Below, piece by piece: positions 36,271 through 50,043 of a stretch of DNA of 64,000 nucleotides. The notes under the pieces were generated by a model. That model did not search any database. It was given only the letters and a program-made list of their open reading frames with translations, and was not told the origin of the DNA. Position numbers and translations under genes: made by a program. Source of the DNA: Cetorhinus maximus (Eukaryota); assembly GCF_964194155.1 (NCBI RefSeq), contig NC_135901.1, forward strand, positions 6,014,001-6,078,000. The letters run 5' to 3'. Every line of letters begins with the position of its first letter. Positions within the stretch are counted from its first letter, which is position 1.

Positions 36271-38289
36271 ATAGAACGTAATTGGAACCCAATTGCGATA
36301 AATTAATTTTTAAAATCACACATATATCCTACTGAATAGGTGCTGTGCCATTCTTTATTTCTTTAAGTGATTTAAACCATTGCTTACTGAGCTTTTGAAG
36401 ATTTTCCGACTGGTTCCCCTCTGTCTCTCCTCCCTGAAGGTGCTGACTCCAGCTCGGTTAAATCACACCGTCACTGGTTCTTTTCTTTCTCTTCTATCCC
36501 CTGATACCGAATATCCACTGTTTTATAGAATGATGCAGCATAGATTGAACCCATTCAGTCCATTATGCCTATGCTAGCTTTTTGAAAGATCTATCCAATA
36601 AATTCCACAGCCCTGCTGGCACTGTCAGGACAATGTATATCTGCTGTAGTAATGCAAGAGGTGAATGGATAAGGCTTTCCAGTTCCACACTTCTCAGACA
36701 CACTCACCCCTGTGGAAAGATCGATTGACCAGTATATGAAGCAGATATTAAGGGTTCACTGATATAAAAACAGAAAGTGCAGGAAAACTCAACATGTCTG
36801 GCAGCACCTGGGGAGAGAGAAACAGAGTCCAGGTGACGAATGGATCTAGCCATTTGTGGGGCCAGCACCAGGAACAAGTGACCATGAAAGCTGTAGGGTT
36901 ATAAAACCCAACTAATTCATTCATGCCCATCAGGGAAGGGAACCTTCCACCCAGTCTGGGCCTACTCAAGACTCTGGCCTCTATGGAAGCAGATAGAGAG
37001 GTAAAAGGTTTGGGGCCCTTGGAGGGGGGATGATACTGAAGGAGAGGGATCTTATACATTGTCATGTCGACAAGAACTTAGACAGAACCTTCTAAAACTG
37101 ACTTCGACCCATTTGAAAGACAATAACAGAAGGTGCATGCAAAAATCTCCAAGTTCCCTCCAAGTCACACACATCATCCTGACTTGGGCATATATTACCG
37201 TTCCTTCATCATTGTTGGGTGAAAATCCTGCAACCCCTTACCACACAGCATTGTTAAAGCACCTTCACCACAAGGACTGCCATGGATCAAGAAGGCCCAC
37301 AATCACCTTAATGTGGAGTAGGTTGGATCATTTTTATTAGTCTTTTGCGGGATGTGGGTATTGCTGGCGGGGCCAGCGTTTATATCTCACTCCTAATTGC
37401 CCTGGAGAAGATGGTGGTGATCCACCTTCTTGAACTGCTACATTTATGTGGCATAGGTACACCCACAGTGGAGCTAGGAAGGCAGTTCCAGGGTTTTGAT
37501 ACACCAATAGTGAAGGAACAGTGATTTAGTTCCCAAGTCAAGATGGTGTGTGGCTTGTGAGGAGGCGGGGGGGTGTGGGGGCAGGGGTGGGGGGAGCTTG
37601 TAGATGCTGGTGTTCGCACGTGTCTGTTCGCCTTGTTCTTCTAGGTGGTAGAGGTTGTGTATTTGAAAAGTGTTGTAGAACAAAATTAATGAGTTGCTTC
37701 AGTGCATCTCGTAGGTGGTATGCACTGTTGCCACTCTGTGTCGCTGGTGGAGGGAGTGGATGTTAAAGGTGGTGAGTGGCTCAAGCGGACAGCCTTGTCC
37801 AGGATGGTGCTGAGCTTCTAGAGTGTAATTGGAGCCACACTCATCCACTATGTTTGCTGGCCTTGCTCGCAAAAGCCCACGCCACAAAAATTAATTTAAG
37901 AGAACGAAATGTAAATGAATTAAAAGCCTATACTGAAATTATTGTTCTGAAAACAATATTTGTTTACATTGTAGGGGCTGTGTCTGTTTAGCAACCTCAC
38001 TTGGTAGTCCCACACATTGAGAATTGTTGGGCTGCACTGTGCTGAAAACTGCTCAGAAGCTCCTCCTTCATCTCCACTCCTGTTCAAACTGATGCAACAC
38101 TAAAGGTCTACTCAGGAGGCCAGGGGCAGACAAGGGCATCCAACTCCAATACTGAGGCAACTACTGATAATATTAAGTAGGTTAAGCAAAATCTGTGCAT
38201 CGAGAAGCAAGAAAGAATTTCATGCCGTTGACTTTTTGTCAGGATGCAGTGAAAACCTTACAGACAGCTGCTGATTAATGGCGACATTA

Positions 38290-38620
38290 GTCCCACAATC
38301 CCCTGCGTCCCAGAAACCGCTCTATTCAACTCACGCCTTTCCCCAGGCGCTGAGAGTGCGCATGCTCCCCCGGACCAGCCGCTGGGCATTCTGGGCGGTC
38401 CCTTTGTTGTGAGTCGGACTCGGTGGAAATGCCGAAGAAACCTGGAAGCGGCGGCGAGGATGGGGGAGGCGCTGCAGCATCGCTTTAATGGGCAGCCCTG
38501 ACCCCCAGCCCCCAGCCCGGGGAGATCACCGCACGGCCGCCGGGCCCGGCCGCTCTCATTCGGCCTCTGAGAGCCGCACTCGCTGTTCCTGAGGCTGCGC
38601 TTGCCCCCCGCTCAGTTTCT
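38290..38620 (+). promoter_or_regulatory. CpG-island promoter, probably of the 39.5-kb gene
   Basis: GTGCGCATGCTC ~38356, dense CpG; divergent from the 36-kb island. Confidence 0.7.
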
Positions 38621-39545
38621 CCATTGAATCCTGTTTCTCTCCTTGTTTCTCCCAACTCAGATTCACCGCCTCATTTTCTTTTCTCCCTCTGAGCCCCTGA
38701 ACTCCATCTGACAGGGTCATGTTGGAGAGCGGGCATTGACTGTCCTGGGAAACAACAGCAAGAGGAGCTCAGAGGCCGGAGGGGCAAAGGAGCAGCGAGT
38801 TCAGTCACCAATCAGGGGGGATTGAGGACTGAACCCTGAGTCAGTCAGTCAGGGGAGTCAGAGTGAACCCCTGAGGAATCATTCATCTCTGAAAAATTGA
38901 ATGAGTATCTCTTTTATCAACAACACTATTTCATATTTGTCAGTATTTTTATTTATTCTTTGTTATCTTAATCCCAAGACATCGCTGCTGGAGTTCCTCA
39001 GGGCAGTATCCTAGGCCTAACCACCTTCAGCTGCTTTATCAATAACCTTTCTTCCATCATAAGTCAGACTTGGGAATATATCGCTGTTCCTTCACCGTTG
39101 CTGGGTCAAAATCCTGGTACTTTCTTTCGAACTGCACCTACACCACGTGGACTACAGGCAGTTCAAGGAAGTGGCTCACCACCGCCTTCTCAAGGCAATT
39201 CCAGATGGGCAACAAATACTGGCCTTGTAAGTGACACCAACATCGCATGAACAGATTAGAAAAAGGAAAGAAACTAGGATTGTGTTGTTCTGGATTTCTA
39301 TCCTGTACTGACTTTTGTGAATCCCTTTTGTAGGATATTTGAACAGGAAGATTTGCTGACAGGAAACTCAAACCAAACATCACGTCAAAGTCTGACCGAT
39401 TCACTCAATACATCAGGAGCTGGATATCACTGAATGTGTAATATGGACGGAGAAATGTTTTAATCAGTTGCACAGCCTGAAAAAGCTTCACACCTTTCAC
39501 AGTGGGAATAAACTGTGTGGACGAGGTTTGATCTGATCATCCAAC

Positions 39546-40343
39546 ATGGACAGCCACAAGGACACCGGCACCACGGAGAAACCATGGAAATGCGGGGACT
39601 GTGGGAAGGGATTTGGTTCCCCATCAAAGCTGGAAATTCATCAACGCAGCCACACTGGGGAGAGGCCGTTCACCTGCTCCATGTGTGGGAAGGGATTCAC
39701 TCATTCATCCAACCTTCTGAGACACCAGCGCGTTCACACTGAACAGAGTTCAGTCATCTGCTCCATGTGTGGGAAGGCAATCGGCCACTCATCAAACTTT
39801 CAGAGGCACCAGCAAACTCACAGTGGAGAGAGGCCATTCAAATGCTCCGTGTGTGGGAAGGGGTTCACTCAGTCATCCTACCTGCTGACACACCAGCGCA
39901 TTCATACGAGGGAGAGTCCGTTCATCTGTTCTTTGTGTGGGGAGGGATTTAATCGATTATTTAGTCGGCCATCCAAACTACTGACACACCAGGGAATTCA
40001 CACTGGGGAGAGGCCATTCACCTGCTCCATGTGTGGGAAGGGATTCACTAATTCATCTGACCTGCTAACACACCAGCGAGTTCACACTGGTGAGAGGCCA
40101 TTCACATGTTCCGTGTGTGGAAAGGGATTCACTCGATCATCCCACCTTCTGACACACCAACTTGTTCATACTGATCAGAGACCCTTTGAATGTTCATACT
40201 GTGAGAAGGCCTTTAAAAGTAAAAAGGATCTGCTGACACACCAACGAGTTCACACTGAGGAGAGGCCATTCACCTGCTCCGTGTGTGGGAAGGGATTCAC
40301 TCAGTCAGGCTCCTGGCTGACACACCAACGAGTTCACAAGTGA
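39546..40343 (+). CDS. C2H2 zinc-finger protein, 9 fingers (finger 5 has a 4-aa insertion)
   Basis: Intact 265-aa ORF; acceptor ttttgtag|GATATTTG at 39333/39334. Confidence 0.9.
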   Translation: MDSHKDTGTTEKPWKCGDCGKGFGSPSKLEIHQRSHTGERPFTCSMCGKGFTHSSNLLRHQRVHTEQSSVICSMCGKAIGHSSNFQRHQQTHSGERPFKCSVCGKGFTQSSYLLTHQRIHTRESPFICSLCGEGFNRLFSRPSKLLTHQGIHTGERPFTCSMCGKGFTNSSDLLTHQRVHTGERPFTCSVCGKGFTRSSHLLTHQLVHTDQRPFECSYCEKAFKSKKDLLTHQRVHTEERPFTCSVCGKGFTQSGSWLTHQRVHK

Positions 40344-41857
40344 CTGTAGGGGTTGGATTCTGCATTTTTTGCTGCTGTTAATCATGTTCAGGATTGAATT
40401 CTTTCATTCTGACAGTTGGGGTTGTTTCTGCAGATTTTACTGGACCATATAATTGGGCTGCTGTTTATTATTCTGTATAGATGTCGAATAGCATGTCAAG
40501 CTTTGGTTTGAACACATTGTTGTAGATTTTTATCCTTCCCACTTGAGTGTTTAACATCACCTGGTTGGAGCTCAGAAAGGACAATCTGGGGGAGGATCGC
40601 ACGGCAGGAACAGAACTTCAGCCTGGACACAGTCCTTCAGGGTCATGCTGAGAGGGACAAATGGCACTTTGGCCTTACTCATTTCTCTTCACTGACAGCA
40701 AAACCCACATGTGGATTAATCCTGAGGTGTGCAAGAAATGTGTCACAGCCACTTCTGTGCAGTACATACAGCCTAAAGATGACCAAGGTCAGGTTGTGTG
40801 GAGTCCAAGGCCACATAGAAAAATGGATGGAAAAATACAAACTCCCTATAAATCTAACCCTCTGATTTCTGGTTTGTCACCATGGTGGTTCAAAGCTCCT
40901 AGGTGCAGAGCAGAAGGCTCCTTTACAACTGTGGCTATTCAACCTGAGTCAGGCAGACTGGAAATGTGCTGTTAAATCAGAGATCTGGGTAAAACTGTGC
41001 TCTATCCTTGACTGAAACTTAAACACCAGGATTAAGTTTCCAGTTTAAAAGTGACTGTGATTATTCTGTGAAGTTTTAAAGATATTTTAGTGACAGTCCT
41101 GAATCTACCACTTTAAGCCAACGTCAACAACAACTTGTATTGATATAGCACTTTTAACATAATAAAATGCAGTTCAATTATATCGTTTAAAGCCTGTATT
41201 AAAATAACACATGCAAAAGTTCGCAAGATCGTGTTAACTGCTGGGACAATTATACAACAGACATTTGATCTCCAGGTAATGAAGAACCTGCAGCATGTTT
41301 CCAGGAACTCCCTGTTTTATTCATGTGTGCATTTTAGATCCAAGGATTTTGTTGCAGTCTTGCTCAGTATTAACTGCATCAGGTCCTTGTGTCCTTGTTC
41401 AGGCAGCAACAGAATTAAAGATTTAATGAACTATGCTACAAAGTTTTGTTGATTGGGAATTCTTATCAGTGATTTACTGTAACTCTGTCCCAAATTTTAA
41501 AATTGGAGTTTCAATTTCTGGGTCCAAATCATTTATGTAAATTGTGAATAACAGTGGTCCTAGCATTACTCCATGTGGAACACCACTTCTCACCTTTTAC
41601 CAGTCTTGAGTAGCTATTCTTAACCTCTTCTGTCTGTTTTCTGTTTTGTAACCTGCTTGCTATCCATAACAGTGTGTACAATCTACAAGGTTACCAAGTA
41701 ATTCACCAAGGCTCCTTTGACAGCACCTTCCAAACCCACAACCACTACCATCTAGAAGGACAAAGGCAGCAAATAGGTGGAAACACAACCCCCTGGGAGT
41801 TCCCCTCCAAGTCACTCACCATCCTGACTTGGAAATATATCATCGTTCCTTCACTTT

Positions 41858-42375
41858 TAATTCAACATCGGGGACTTCACACAGGAGAGAGACCATTCAC
41901 CTGCTCCAAGTGTGAGAAGAGATTCAGGTCTTCGACACACCTCACAAAACACTTACGTGTGCACACTGGAGAGGCTGTTCACCTGCCCTGAGTGTGGGAA
42001 GAGATTCAGGTGTTCACCCCGCCTCACTGAACAACTACATGTGCACCCAGGGGAGAGGCCATTCACCAACTCTGAGTGTGGAAAGGGATTCACTTGTCAT
42101 CCCAACTTGCTGAACACAAGCGTGTTCACACTGGAGAGAAACCTTTTGTCTGCTCCATGTGTGGGAAGGGATTCACTACGTCATCCCAGCATCTGACACA
42201 CCAGCAGGTTCACACTGAGGAGAGACCATTCACCTGCTCCACGTGTGGGAAGAGACTCAGTCGTTCATCCACCTTGCAGAGATACCATCAATTTCACACT
42301 GGGGAGAGGCCATTCCTCTGCTCCAAGCGTGGGAAGGGATTCACTCAGTTATCCCACCTGCTGAGACACCAGTGA
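41858..42375 (+). pseudogene. 5'-truncated, frameshifted ZNF pseudogene (~6 fingers)
   Basis: Fingers split across three frames (41674..41991, 41912..42196, 42076..42375); lost Cys residues; family 3' UTR follows. Confidence 0.9.
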
Positions 42376-42582
42376 GTCCACAAGGTGTTTGATTCTGCTG
42401 ATAGTGCTGCTGATAATCACATCCAGGACTGAACCATGTTCATTCTGACAGAATTCTGGCTTTCTGAATTGGGGTTTGGTGTCCAATGAATCACCTTTGT
42501 GTGTGCCAACTCCTTGATTTCTCCAGGATAAAAGGAGACTCATTGGCTTCTTGTTACTGACTGCTCCATTTTTGGATCTTTT

Positions 42583-44297
42583 TGGGATAGAAAGCTGACA
42601 AATCCCTGGATCTCACTGCCTACATTCCAGGATTCGGAAAGAGGTGGCTGCACCAATATTGGATGCACCACTTGTGATTTTCCAAAATTCTCTAGATTCT
42701 GGAATGGTGCTAATGGATTGGAAGGTGGAAAATGTAATCCCAATATTCAAGAAAAGCAGGAGAGAGGAAACAGGGAACTACAGGCCATTTAGCTGGACAT
42801 CAGTCATCAGGAAAGTACTGGAATCTATTTTTAAGCAGTGGTAACAGAGCACTTAGAAAAGGACAATATGATTAGACGAAAGTCAACATGGTTTGATGAA
42901 AGGGGAACCGTGTTTGACAAAGCTGTTAGAATTTATTGAGGATGTAACTCGCAGATTTGATAATGGGGAACAAGGGAATATGTAATGATTGAATTTTGAA
43001 AAGTCATTTGATAAGGTGCCACACAAAAGGTTGTTGCACAAGGTCAGGGCTCATGGGGTTGGGGTAAAATATTAGCACGGGTGGGGGAGTGGTTAAAGGA
43101 TAGAAAACAGAGATTAGGAATAATCATGTCATGTTGAGGTCAGCGGGCTGTTATTCTGGAACAGCGCAAGCAGCAGGACTGGGGTTTCAGATACTTACAG
43201 TCTATATTCAGGAATAACTTCATGGAACTGAATCCAATGTGTTCAAGTTTGTTGATCATACCAAGTTAGGTGGGTAAGTAAGCTGTGAGGAGGACACAAG
43301 GAGTCTGCAAAGGAACATGGACAGGTTGGATGAGTAGGCAAGAAGGTGGCAGATTGAGTATAATATGGGAAAATGTGAGGCTATTCACTTGGGTAAGAAG
43401 CAGAGAGAAACTGAATCTTTCTTGAATAGTGAGAAACTAAATGTTGTTGTTCAGAGGGATTTGGGTTTCCTTGTACAAGAAGCAAAGGAAATGAACATAC
43501 AAGTGCAGCAAGCAATTAGAAAATAAATGATATGGTGGTGATGATTCCAAGAGGATTGGAATACAAGAGTAAGGAAGTCTTGCTACAATTGTCCAGTGCT
43601 CTGGTGAGACCACATCTGGACTGCTGTTTACAGTTTTGACCTCCTTACCTAATGAAGGATTTACTTGCTTTAGAGGGATTGTAACAAATGTTCAGTAGAT
43701 TGAGTCCTGGGATGATGGGGTTGCGTTATGATCAGAGGTTGAATAGACTGGGACAATACTCTCTGTGCAGTTTAATGGAAGATTCTGAGAATGTTCACGA
43801 GATTGATTCCTGGGATGACGGGGTTGCGCTATGATGAGAGATTGAGTAGACTGGGCCTATACTCTATAGTTTAATGGAAGGCTCTGAGAATGTTCACTAG
43901 ATTGATTCCTGGGATGATGGAATGTGCTATGATGAGAGATTAAGTAGACTGGGACTATACTCTCTGCAGTTTAATGGAAGATTCTGAGAGGCTGTTTCCA
44001 AGATTCTACAGCTAGGAGGCATCATCTCTGGCCTTTCAGACTGAGATGAGAATAACTTACTTCACTAAGAGGGTTGTCAATCCTTGGAATTCTCTACTCC
44101 AGAGGATTGTGGATGTTCACTTATTCACTGTGTTACAGGCTGAAATTGACTGGTTTTTGGACTCTAAGAAAATTAGGGGTTATGAGAATTGAGTGGGAAA
44201 GTGGAGGTTGAAATTGAGGATCAGCCATGATCTGATTAAATGTTGGAGCAGGTTTTAGAGTCTGTATGATTTATTCCAGCTCTTGTTTCTTACGTTC
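42583..44297 (+). mobile_element. Decayed CR1 LINE
   Basis: IFQNSLDSGMV..DWKVENVIPIFKK..GNYRP; CR1 3' tail; interrupts a flank block that is contiguous at ~11700-11840. Confidence 0.85.
43688..43990 (+). repeat. Three tandem ~100-bp copies inside CR1
   Basis: ATGTTCA..GATTGATTCCTGGGATGA..AGACTGGG..TACTCT..GTTTAATGGAAG.TCTGAGA x3. Confidence 0.9.
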
Positions 44298-44374
44298 TCC
44301 TATCTAACTCTGGATTATTTCACTTCTCAGACCTTTGGTTCCTCTCATGGACAAGTCCCAGCTCCCATATCTTC

Positions 44375-44860
44375 CAGAGGTTCTCCATCGTGCTGGGCTC
44401 AACAGCACGGAGACCATCCTCCAGAAAATTCCACTTGGATGGCCAGGCCATGTCCCCCACATGGATGATGACAGAATCCCCAAGCAGATCGTCAATGGGG
44501 AATTGTCTCAGGGTAAACAACATCAAGGTGGTCAGTACAAACGGTACAAGAAAACCTTAAAAAAGACCCTTACAAACTTCTGTATTGCAGACCATCTTCC
44601 TGGGGAAAACATTGCAGCCGACCGGCCCATGTGGAGGCAAACACTGAAATATGGTTCAGCATGTTTCAAGGACCATCTACTCCAGACTTGCAACATCCGA
44701 TGTGCTCAGAGGAAGACCAGTGGTGGAGCAGCTGCAGAAGTAGCTCAACCGGTACCAACAACAACATGAACTGCCAGTTCTGTGGGCGTCCATGTCAATC
44801 CCACATCGGACTCTTCAGTCATGAGAGGAGCCACAGAAAACAATGGAATCATTTACAGCT
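44375..44860 (+). mobile_element. RTE-clade LINE 3' fragment
   Basis: WPGHVPHMDDDRIPKQIVNGEL..GGQYKRYK..AADRPMWR and C-terminal CGRPCQSHIGLFSH knuckle. Confidence 0.85.
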
Positions 44861-45647
44861 TGGACATACTCGAACAACAAGGAGTCTACCCCAACATTAT
44901 CCCTGTTCTCCGGATTGGGGGACTATACTCTGTCTGTATGATTGCAGTGTTGTTAATAAAGTCAGGAAAAGACAATCTGTTGTTGTGAGCTTGATTATCT
45001 GGTGTCTGAAACCACAAGATTCAACATTTAGAGTCAACAAGACGAACAAGGAAACACATGGCCCAATACTCCAGCTCAATATTCCCAGGAGAAAGTCTGT
45101 TACCTAACACCTGGAGTGGGCAGAACAGAGAAAGATCCCAACTGTAAGAAACCTTCGAATCATTTGTAAATGTCTTTCAAATGCTGACAGGTTCCATTCG
45201 TCAGCTTCCATTACATTGAAGTCAATGGGAGGTGAGAGAGTGGTTATTCTAGAACTATAAAGAACAGTAGTTAGATCACAGCTAGAATACTGAGCACAGT
45301 TCTAGTCAGGGGGCCAGATAAAGTGGGTAGGAAGGACGTATTTCATTAACAGAGAGGTCAATGACCAGGTGGCAAATTTTTAAAGTCATTGGTGGAATGA
45401 TTAGCAGGGAGTTGAGGAATGTTTTCACCCAGAGGGTGGTGAGGGTCTAGAACTCACTGTCTGAAAGGATGGTCGAGGCAGAAATAGTCGCATTTACAAA
45501 GTACTCCAAAATGCACTGGAGGTTCTGTAACCTACAGAGCTATGGATCAGGAGCTTGAAAGTGGGATTAGACTGGAGAGCTCATTTTCAGGTGGCACAGA
45601 CATGATGGGCTGAATGGCCTCCTCTGTGCTGTAAATTTCTATGATTC

Positions 45648-46530
45648 TGTGATGACAAGTGGTCCTTGTGTTTTTATCCGAGACAGGCCTCAGGCCAGTC
45701 ATTTGCTCCAAGTGTTGATGTGATGGTTCGAGCTAAGAGGTGTGTTCTGGAATCTGTGGTCAGAGGTTGTAATTATTGAGACAGACCCTAATTGAAAAGG
45801 GAAACTGAGAAAGGAACTGACCCTCCTACTTTCAAAGGAAACTAAGACTGAACCTGGTTAAAATCATATAAAAGGTCACAGAGGGCCCTCAGAGCTCAGT
45901 GGTGGATGATGGGTTCAGTACTGCAGTCCAGGCAGGCTGAAGAAGATAGAGACTCGATGCAGGAGCTGAGAATAAGGAAATATACAGTTGCTGCAGCTGT
46001 TTCTGTTACTTGGTGGATCTACACCATCCAGACTGTTGTGAGCAGAGTTGAGGTGGTTCCGCAGATGTGTGTCATTTTTGATGAAGACCATGCCCGTGGA
46101 ACTCAGGTTGGTTGTGCACTGCTGTTGGCTGGAGATCAGGCTACATCCTAGAAGAAGAGGAGCTGAAATTCCTTGTGAGGAAGACAGTGTTCTCAGTTGT
46201 GACTGAGACTGATGACATATAAGCGAGATACACTGCCAAGTCAAATCATAAATCTTAATTGTATCTGTCATTTAATGTGTAATTTATCATTTATAATTGA
46301 CCATGATTTGCCTTTTAATTCATGTTGAACTAATGTTGACTTTGTGTTTTAGAGTATAGATGATTAACTAAGAAATTGTTCAGTGTTTGCTTTGCTTGAC
46401 TCTCGTACAGTAAAAATTCTTCTGTTTAAATTATGGAATCTTGTGTCTTCGTCCTTTCCATAAATAACTGAGATTTCAGATTTCTTCTGTTTTGAATAAC
46501 AAGTTACTGGTCTCTCCCGAGATTATGGCA
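45648..46530 (+). mobile_element. Possible solo LTR
   Basis: TGTGATG...ATGGCA boundaries, TATAAAA at ~45867, AT-rich 3' part; no TSD confirmed. Confidence 0.35.
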
Positions 46531-47329
46531 GGTGCCAGGTATCAGGAGCAGTAAATAAAATCTAAATGTCAGTGAGCAGTGATATGATTTATCTGTATCC
46601 AGTTCTATTTGAATACCTTTTGCTGAATGGGGCCCTCACCCAGTGCTCAGAATTGAACACAATATTTGAGCTAATCAGGGATTTATAAAGATTCAGGATA
46701 ACTTCCTTGTTTTTGTATTCCATGCCTCCATTAATAAACGGAGGATCCCATTAGCATTTTTTAAAACAGTTTGATCAACTTGCCTTATCACAATGAAAGA
46801 AGTGTGTACTTTCATCCCCAAGTATTTTGTTGCTACACACTCTGTTTAAAATTGAACCATTTAGTTTATACAGCCTCTCCTCATTCTTCCTTCCAAAATG
46901 TAATAACTGACTGTGAATCACTTTGGGATGTTCTGAGTGTGTGAAAGGTGTTAAATGAACACAAGAATTTTCTTTCTCTTTTACAGCTGATTTAAAGTTG
47001 TAGATTTTTCTCCAAAGATTAAATTTGGATCGATTAACTATTTTACTGCACAAACAACTTCAGGGAGTCAGTGAATTAAGAGGAAAGATCCCAGACAGCG
47101 GTTCTTCAAGGTACAGTGCAGGCCCGGCAGCTCAATCAGCTCCACTCTCAGCTCAGGAGATCTCAACAACCCCACATACTGTCCACAGGGGAGTTCTCCT
47201 GGTGCAGTGGGACCAACATTCATGCTTTAACTGACACCAAAAAAACTGGATTAATCGGTCACTGGTCCGATTGCTGTTTGTCGAATCTTACCATGTGCAA
47301 ACTGGCTATTGTGAAACAGTAACAAATTG

Positions 47330-48850
47330 TATTTATATAACATGTTTAATGTAATAAAACATCCCAAGGTGCTTCGGGGGAGTTATCATAAAGAAAAAAT
47401 GAACACTGAGTCACATTGGTCTTTATTTGAACAGATGTCCAAAAGCTGATTAGAGAGGCAGATTTTAACAAGCATCTTTAATCAGGAGAGAGAGCTAAAG
47501 GGGTAGAGGGGTTTAAGGAGGGAATTTTAGAGTTTCATGCACGGGCACATGCACCATCGGGGGAGTAATTAAAATCAGGGATGTTCAAGAGGCCAGAATG
47601 AGAAGGGTGCAGATATCTCACAGGATGTGTGAAACTGGAGATTACAGAGATAGGGAGGGACAGCGCAATGGAGGAATTTGAAAACAAGGATGTAAATTTT
47701 AGAGTCAAGGCATTGCTTGACCAGGAGCCAATGTAGGTCAATGAGCACAGGGGTGATGGGTGAATGAGACATGGTCTAAGAAAGCACACGGGTTTTGGAT
47801 AATCTCACGTTTTCGTGTTGCAGTGGGGTGAACATGAGAGGCTGGTCAGAAATGTATTGGAATCGTCAAGTCTAAAGGTAACACGGACATAGATGAGGGT
47901 TTCAGCAGCAGATGAGCTGGGGTGGGGTGAAGACAGGAGATGTTATGGAGATTGAAATATCTGGTATTAGTGATGGTGTGGATATGTGGTCAGTAGCTCA
48001 TCTTGGGGTCAGATGTGAGACTAAGATTGTGAACAGTGTGGTTCAACCTCAGACAGTTCCCAGGGAGAGGGATGTACTCAGTGGTTAGGGAACGGAATTT
48101 GTAGTGGTGACCGAAGACAATGGTTTTGGTCTTCACAATTTTTAATTGGAGGAAATTTCTGCTCATCCAGTACGGGATGTCGGATAAGCAGTTTGATAAT
48201 TTAGTAATAGTGGAGGAATGGAGAGGGATGGTGGTGAAGTAGAGCTGGATGTTCTCAGTGTACATGTGAAAACTAACACGGTGCTTTTGGGTGATGTTGC
48301 CTTGTGGCAGCATGCAGATGAGAAATAGGAGGGGCCAAGGATAGATCCTTGGGGAACACCAACTTCAAGGACTTTGATGAGGAAAGGGAGATTGGAGATG
48401 GGGTGGTAATATTTGTAAAGACGGTGGTGTGAAAGGTTTTTTGGGGTGGATGATGAGGGTGAATTTAAAGGTGAGAGGGACAGTATCAGAAGAGAGACAG
48501 AACCATTAACAATATCAGGTAACGTAGGGAAGTTGGGTGATCAGTGCTTTAAGTGGGGAAAGAGTAAAGGGAGAAGAAGGCAGGTCTCATGGACAAGATG
48601 AGCAATGAGAGGGTATGATGGGAGGTAGGAGAGAAACTGGAGAAAGATGTGAGTTCAGACAAGGGGGAAGTTTAAAGACAGAATGACCGAGTGGGCTAAT
48701 GAAAGGGAGGGAAGCAGCTGATCAGATTGTCTCAATCTTAGTGATAAAGAAGCTCCATGAGAACCTCACACTTGTTGTTGGAGGTAAGGATGGAGGAGAT
48801 GGGGGAAGAGGGAGAGCCCTTCAAAAGGAACTAACTTGTTTCAGAGATAT
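47330..48850 (-). mobile_element. Degenerate L2 LINE (duplicate of 6420-7920)
   Basis: ORFs 47575..47772 (ITPVLIDLHWL) and 47990..48313; same internal deletion junction GTCCTTGAAGTTGGTGT. Confidence 0.85.
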
Positions 48851-48996
48851 TAAAAAGACATTACACAGTGTGGTTATCACAAAGAAAACAAACTTGATCT
48901 TTGTCCAGAATAATAGCCTCTCTAACTAGGGTGCAGCTTATTAACAGACCAAATGAACACAGTTCAGTCCGGGATTTGATTAACAGCAAAATCCAA

Positions 48997-50043
48997 TCAC
49001 TGTTGTAACTTGTGAGCTCGCTGGTGTCTCAGCAGGTTAGATGATTGAGTGAATCCCTTTCCACACTCAGAGCAGGTGAACGGCCTCTCCCCAGTGTGAA
49101 CTCGTTGGTGTCTCAGCAGGTTGGATGACTGAGTGAATCTCTTCCCACAATTGGAGCAGGTGAACAGCCTCTCCCCACTGTGAACTCGCTGGTGTCTAAG
49201 CAGTGCAGATGACTGAGTGAAACGGTTCCCACACTCAGAGCAGGTGAATGGCCTCTCCCCAGTGTGAACTCGCTGGTGTCTCAGCAGGGTGTATGATTGA
49301 GTGAATTCCTCTCCACAGTCAGAGCAGGTGAACGGTCTCTCTCCAGTGTGAGTGCGCTGGTGTACAGCGAGATGAGATGATCGTCTGAACCCAGTCCCAC
49401 AGTCAGAGCACCTGAACGGTCTCTCATCAGTGTGAACTTGTTGATGGTACATCAGTTCCTGAGAAGTTTTATAACACTTCCCGCAGTCCAGACATTTAAA
49501 AGATCTCTCGTCAGTGTGAACTCTTTGGTGTGTCATCAGGTTGGAGGAATTAATGAACCCCTTCCCACACACAGAGCAGGCGAATGGTCTCTCCCTAGTG
49601 TGAACTCGATGGTGTGTCCGCAGGGTGGATAAGTGAGTGAATCCCATCCCGCACATGGAGCAGATGAAAGGCCTCTCCCTGGTGTGAACTCGCTGGTGTG
49701 TCAGCAGAGTGGATGACTGAGTGAATCCCATCCCACATACAGAGCAGGTGAACGGCCTCTCCCCAGTGTGAACTCGCTGGTGTGTCAGCAGGGTAGATGA
49801 CTTAGTGAACCCCTTCCCACACTCAGAGCAGGTAAATGGCCTCTCTCCCGTGTGAGTGCGCTGATGAGTTTCCAGTTCTGAGGGGTAATTGAATCCCTTC
49901 CCACAGTCCCTACATTTCCACGGTTTCTCCCTGTAGTGACTGCATTTATGTTTTGACAGGTCAGATGATCGGTTGAAGCCTCGTCCACACACAGAGCACG
50001 TGTACGGTTTCTCCCAACTGTGAACGGTGCTTTTTCCTTCCAT
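48997..50043 (-). CDS. C2H2 zinc-finger protein, 12 fingers
   Basis: Intact [31 protein letters not shown]; acceptor gacag|GGTATTAG at 50147/50146. Confidence 0.93.
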   Translation of the reverse strand: MEGKSTVHSWEKPYTCSVCGRGFNRSSDLSKHKCSHYREKPWKCRDCGKGFNYPSELETHQRTHTGERPFTCSECGKGFTKSSTLLTHQRVHTGERPFTCSVCGMGFTQSSTLLTHQRVHTRERPFICSMCGMGFTHLSTLRTHHRVHTRERPFACSVCGKGFINSSNLMTHQRVHTDERSFKCLDCGKCYKTSQELMYHQQVHTDERPFRCSDCGTGFRRSSHLAVHQRTHTGERPFTCSDCGEEFTQSYTLLRHQRVHTGERPFTCSECGNRFTQSSALLRHQRVHSGERLFTCSNCGKRFTQSSNLLRHQRVHTGERPFTCSECGKGFTQSSNLLRHQRAHKLQQ

